DNA of 64,000 nt from Eutreptiella sp. 'Long Island Sound 2002' (taxonomy: Eukaryota > Protista > Euglenida), in contig OZ038379.1 in assembly GCA_964036045.1 (NCBI GenBank), forward strand, positions 20,584,001-20,648,000. Direction: 5' to 3'. The notes under the pieces were generated by a model that saw only the letters and a list, made by a program, of their open reading frames with translations, made no database searches and had not been told where the DNA came from. Shown here piece by piece: positions 59,860-64,000 of the stretch; the stretch's first letter is position 1; every line of letters begins with the position of its first letter. Made by a program: the position numbers and the translations under genes.

Positions 59860-62800
59860 TCACCATCATTGTGATTTGCCGCTTGTGTTGATACTCCTGT
59901 TGATGCGGCTTACAAACAGGCAATGAAACACAGCAGAGGGGGATAGTAGACATACGAACAAAGGAGCAGGCAAACAAATGAACACTCATATGTGGCAGTG
60001 AATATGCAACAACCTGTTGCGCCTCGTCCAGTTGAAAGGTTTTGCGGAAGTTGGCCTCCTTTTGGGGGAGATGCAGAGCGTCCTCCGGCTTCAAATATTC
60101 TCCTGTGCGGCCTCCTTCACCCGAACCAGTGGTGAGCCCAATCCGCGAGGGCTTGAACTGTTGCAGGTTCAGTTTCTTCACCTACTTGCAAAGCCATCTG
60201 GCGGACAACCACTTCCTATTGGGGTCACAAAGCACCTTCAGTGGAACGTACTTCACATTGTTCCATTCGGTGGGGACACAAAGCCGTTTGCAATCCTGGT
60301 GGTGACTAGCCGCCACCTCTACCTCGCCGACGTACTATTTCTCGACAAGAGCAATGCTGCCACATGTGGACCTGAAGTGCAGAACTTCGTGATTGATTCT
60401 CTCCCCTTCCTCAGGGAGCACGTCGTTGCTGTGTCCACAGATAACCATCTAGGGATGGCACAAGTGTTTACGGAGCATTTAAAACCCCTGCTCCCCCATG
60501 CACACCATCAGCGGTGCGTCGGCCATGTCGTCAATTTAGTGGGGGGAGACTTGCTTGGTGCTGAAATTCTGGTTGAGTTGTAGAAGTTGGTGCGTAGCTT
60601 TTTGAAAGGAAAGAAAAATGTGGTGCGCCGATGTAGGCTTAAGAAACTGGGCCACGGTGTTCCCCCTAATCGTTGTGCCACTTGGTGGAACAGTTGGTAT
60701 GTGAATGCCCGGGGGGGGGGGGGGGGGCGACTCCTCGGTTGTGGACGCCAACTACCCCCCCCAACTAACTGTTGGTCGTAGGCCCCAAGGGGGGGGGGGG
60801 GGGTTGGGAGGGGGGGTTCTGGGAGGGGCAATGGGGGGGGGTCTGGGTTCAGTCAATTGTCTCATCACAACCACGGGTGGACTGGGGAGTCCACCGGGGG
60901 CGGGGGGCCAATGCTAATACTATGTGATGTTGCAATATGTAACCAGGCACCTGGTGGCATCTCCTGCTGCCCAGTGTCGACCAGATGATAGCTCATAGGA
61001 CTGTGGGTGTAGTGGACAAACAATGATTCCGCGCTATCTTGTTTGCTACAGTGAAAGGCACCTATGCCATGTCACTGAAGATCTCTTCTTCCTTTGCATT
61101 TGTCGTGTGGCCGCTCTCTTTGCCTACCGGTGCAGAGTCGTGCTCACACATTTGTTTCCCATAGTGGGGGTCTGCGGGGCTTTCCCCCCCCCCCCCCGGG
61201 GGGGGGGGTCTGGGAGGGTGGGTTTGGGGGGGTGGGGGTGGGGGGGGCACGTGGGGCGATTTGGGGGGTACATGCCCCCAAGGCCAAGCGTTGGTCCATC
61301 ACAGGCCCCCTGCCTCCCCTTGCCCTCCCCCTAACCATACCATCACGCTAACTGCCAGCCATGTTAATTAGGCTGAACAAGATCCCCCAAAGTTCGTTCA
61401 TGGCTACTTTTGCCACATCATTGCTCTCGATTTTGGACCCCAACAATAACTTTGACCCTGGCCTAGGTTAGGGCCACCGAGCTGGTGGAACCAGTCTTGG
61501 TTTTATAACCCTTTTTGGTGTCTAGGGTGGACCTAACAGGTTTAGCAAGCAAGCAAGCAAGCACCCGCGAAATGGGGAAAAAAGCACATCTCCGTCGTGG
61601 TGCTTCGGATTCTGCCAAAATTTTGGTGGATGGGTGGGTGTGAGGGACAACCACACAAAGTATGAGTCAGAAACTCAACAGTGGCGGCCGGGGAACGGGC
61701 GTCGCAAGTGCCGGACCTCCGTTTCAAAATCTGCAATTTAGGGCCAAAACCGGCCTTTTTTTTGCCCAAAACCGCCCCGGGACCTACTGAAACCGGCCAA
61801 ATGAAGGGAAATAGTGGCTACTCTACACATGCAGCTAGACTTCCCCGTGCCAAAGGGCCCTCTAGGGCCCTATAACTCCACAATATGTCTGCGAACCGCC
61901 CCCAAAAGGCCCCCAAAAGCCCCAGGATTTGTGCACATTGGCTGCCGACGGCCCCAAACCAAAAACAGACCATATCTTGGGCTACGTGGCTCAAAACGCG
62001 ATTTCGAGTCGATGGGTCAAAAATGTGTTTTTTCAGGAATGATCCTAGACCATTTGGGGTGCCTAAACAAGTGAAATCAGCCTTCTATGAGCCCATGGTA
62101 AGCCATTTTGGCCACTCCAAAATCACAAAATGCCTTGAAAATGGGCTATTTTGGGACGAAAAATCGGTTTAAAATGGATCAAAAATTTGTATTTGCAAAG
62201 ATACTTTTGGACTATTTGGGGTGCGCAAACAAGTGGAATGAGCCCATTTTGAGCCCAATTTGAGCAATTATGGACTCTCTCAAGGCCGACAGGGCCTTGC
62301 CAAACGGGCCACTTTGGGACCACAAATGGCTCAAAAACGGGTCAAAACCATGGTTTTCGAAAACTGATTCTAGTCCAGTTGTGGTGCCCAAACGGATGAA
62401 TACAGCTCATTTTGAGCCCCTTTTGAGCCGCTCTCGTCCACTTTCTAGTGCCTACCTCATTTGTCGTTAAAGTCTCCTAGACAATGTTCCTTCCCCCACC
62501 AGCTCGGTCCCAATATTCAATCCTGGTAGGGCTAGGGCTAGGCTTGGGGCTAGGGGTAGGGTTAGGGGGGCGGCACCTTTGGCAACTAATTCTTGGCCGG
62601 AGGCCCCTAGGGGGGTGGGGGGGGCATGGGTAGTTGGCGTCCTAGGACCCGCGGAGTCCCCCCCCCCCCTGGTGAATGCGTTGTGGTTGAATGCGAATCT
62701 GGCACCTCCGAAGGCGTTTGTGAATAGTGAAATCCGAAACGGTGCCACAAATGTTCAAATGGTCCAAGTCAAGGAAATGTTGGATGAACACTTTTTAACC

Positions 62801-63430
62801 TTGATGGCCAAGCTAGCATTCATAGTGCATTGTGGCAAACCGGTGTTTGATCTAATTCATGATGTGCAAGTTGCCGTGGTGCCAAAAGCAAGCGATGAGC
62901 ATGGTTCACAGCGGCCACAGATGGATAGGGTTTGTAATCAACGAACGAAATTGCATGCTCAATTGTTAGACACCTCCTCCTTTGGCGCTCTTGTTGATGA
63001 TGTTTTCAAAGCCCTATCATCCAAGGACCGGGAGCCGTATAAGAAGGGTTTCATCATTGCTACCCATGCTGCGGAAGCCAAAGTGCAGAAATATCTTGCA
63101 CTAATGCCCTTTGCCAAGCATGCCAGGATATGAGACCCGCGACAAAGACCCGTCCTTGAGTCTCAGGATGGTATGGCTACTAATACTGTTGCGCACAAAT
63201 GTCTCTTTCACACAAGTGAGGTCAGTCTTGCACTTCAAGTGGAGTGGGAAGCTTATTAGAATTCACCACCGGTTGTTGCAACAGACAGGTTTAGCATTTT
63301 GGATTGGTGGGACGGAGTTTCACCCACTTTGCCCCTGTTGTCAGGCATTACCCAGCGTGCCTTGGCTGTTCCAACCACATCATGTGATGTGGAGTGGTGC
63401 TTCTCCTCTCTGATGAGAGGCAGCAAGACA
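59860..63430 (+). pseudogene. hAT transposase pseudogene, split by the nested MITE
   Basis: VAVSTDN (second D), RCVGHVVNLV (CxxH), ATWWNSWY (TRWNS) and the C-terminal dimerization domain SILDWW...LAVPTTSCDVEWCFS at ~63293-63415. Stops and frameshifts present. Confidence 0.85.
60709..62671. mobile_element. Nested non-autonomous hAT element (1963 bp)
   Basis: Perfect 8-bp TSD GTGAATGC (60701-60708, 62672-62679). ~45-bp imperfect TIRs C(C/A)G(G)nGACTCC.CGG..GGACGCCAACTACCC. Removal restores the transposase frame WNSWYVNA|LWLNANL. Confidence 0.9.
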
Positions 63431-64000
63431 TGAAAGAGGACACGCATCGTGCTGCTGTGTGCGTGCGTGCGTGCTCCATTTCAATGGTATTGTGAATTAG
63501 AGTGTCACCGGCAATGGAACTAAGAAACTGGATTGAATTGACTATGCTTTGTTGTTCACATTTGGAACGCCGGCGAAAATGAGTCTGCGGTAGGCACCAA
63601 TGGTTGAGTGGATAATAGGCACCCCGGGTCCCTACCTATGCTATGCCCGGACGCCGGGAACCGGTTGCACCGCCCAAGTTTCCTTATTTTCCCCCATTTC
63701 CCCCCATTTTCCCCCATTTCCCCCCATTTTTCCTTGCCTTGGGTACATTGTGGGTACGTTTGTGGGTACATTACCCGCCACCGGAGCCGGGTACTTCTGA
63801 GCCCTGCATGGAGCACACTCCACCACCACCAACAGCAGGCCACACAAAAGGCATAGCACTGGACACCAGCTGTATTGCACGGCAACCAACCACTTGTTAG
63901 GGAACACCCCTCACCCTCCGGACCCTAGTCTGGACTCCCCCATGGGGGGTGCCCAGCTGCAGCCCTTGACACCCCTCCCCTGCCCCACCCCCTCACCCCT

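Larger units (their letters stand above)
59433..63806 (+). mobile_element. Decayed autonomous-type hAT DNA transposon
   Basis: TIR CAAGGCTTAGAAGTGCCC (59433-59450) vs the reverse complement of the right end, CAGGGCTCAGAAGTACCC (ends 63806). CATGGA is duplicated at both flanks. Purine-rich subterminal repeats; transposase remnants inside. Confidence 0.8.

Noticed and set aside
62525-62570. Telomere or telomerase-healed end (TAGGGC/TTAGGG-like runs; also near 435, 23560, 25022)
   Set aside because: Short, degenerate, and internal to MITE subterminal regions; not a real TTAGGG array.

Overview
Repeat-rich eukaryotic nuclear DNA, not prokaryotic. It has GT-AG introns, microsatellites, poly-G/C tracts and CpG decay in repeats. 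A euglenid source is my inference, from a signal-peptide plus transit-peptide presequence and a repeat I recall from Eutreptiella transcripts; this is unverified. Four host genes, all on the + strand, can be built: (1) the last two exons of an ABC1/ADCK1-like atypical kinase (21183-21578, 27260-27703); (2) a complete 5-exon ThiE/TenI-family gene (32356-38260, 267 aa); (3) an intronless 6-TM Frag1/DRAM/Sfk1-family gene (41469-42164); (4) a bacterial-type ThpR/LigT 2H phosphoesterase with an N-terminal targeting-like extension (52260 to at least 56700). The main feature is a near-intact minus-strand non-LTR retrotransposon. It encodes a ~950-aa N-terminal region, APE, RT, RNase H and a CCHC motif, which would form one ~2400-aa polyprotein but for a single frameshift. 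It has a (CAAAT)n tail that folds back into a 3' stem-loop and lies between two (TACA)n arrays. Near its 5' end are three 27-nt hairpins with an invariant 17-nt core, covarying stems and unique spacers; this is the best candidate for an undescribed element. Also present: a 3 x 1.87-kb tandem array with two tRNA-like Pol III heads and a 21-bp minisatellite per unit, a decayed hAT transposon with a nested hAT MITE, an interrupted Cys/His-domain pseudogene, a second RT/RNase H LINE relic, and several MITEs. All domain calls are by eye; no database searches were run.
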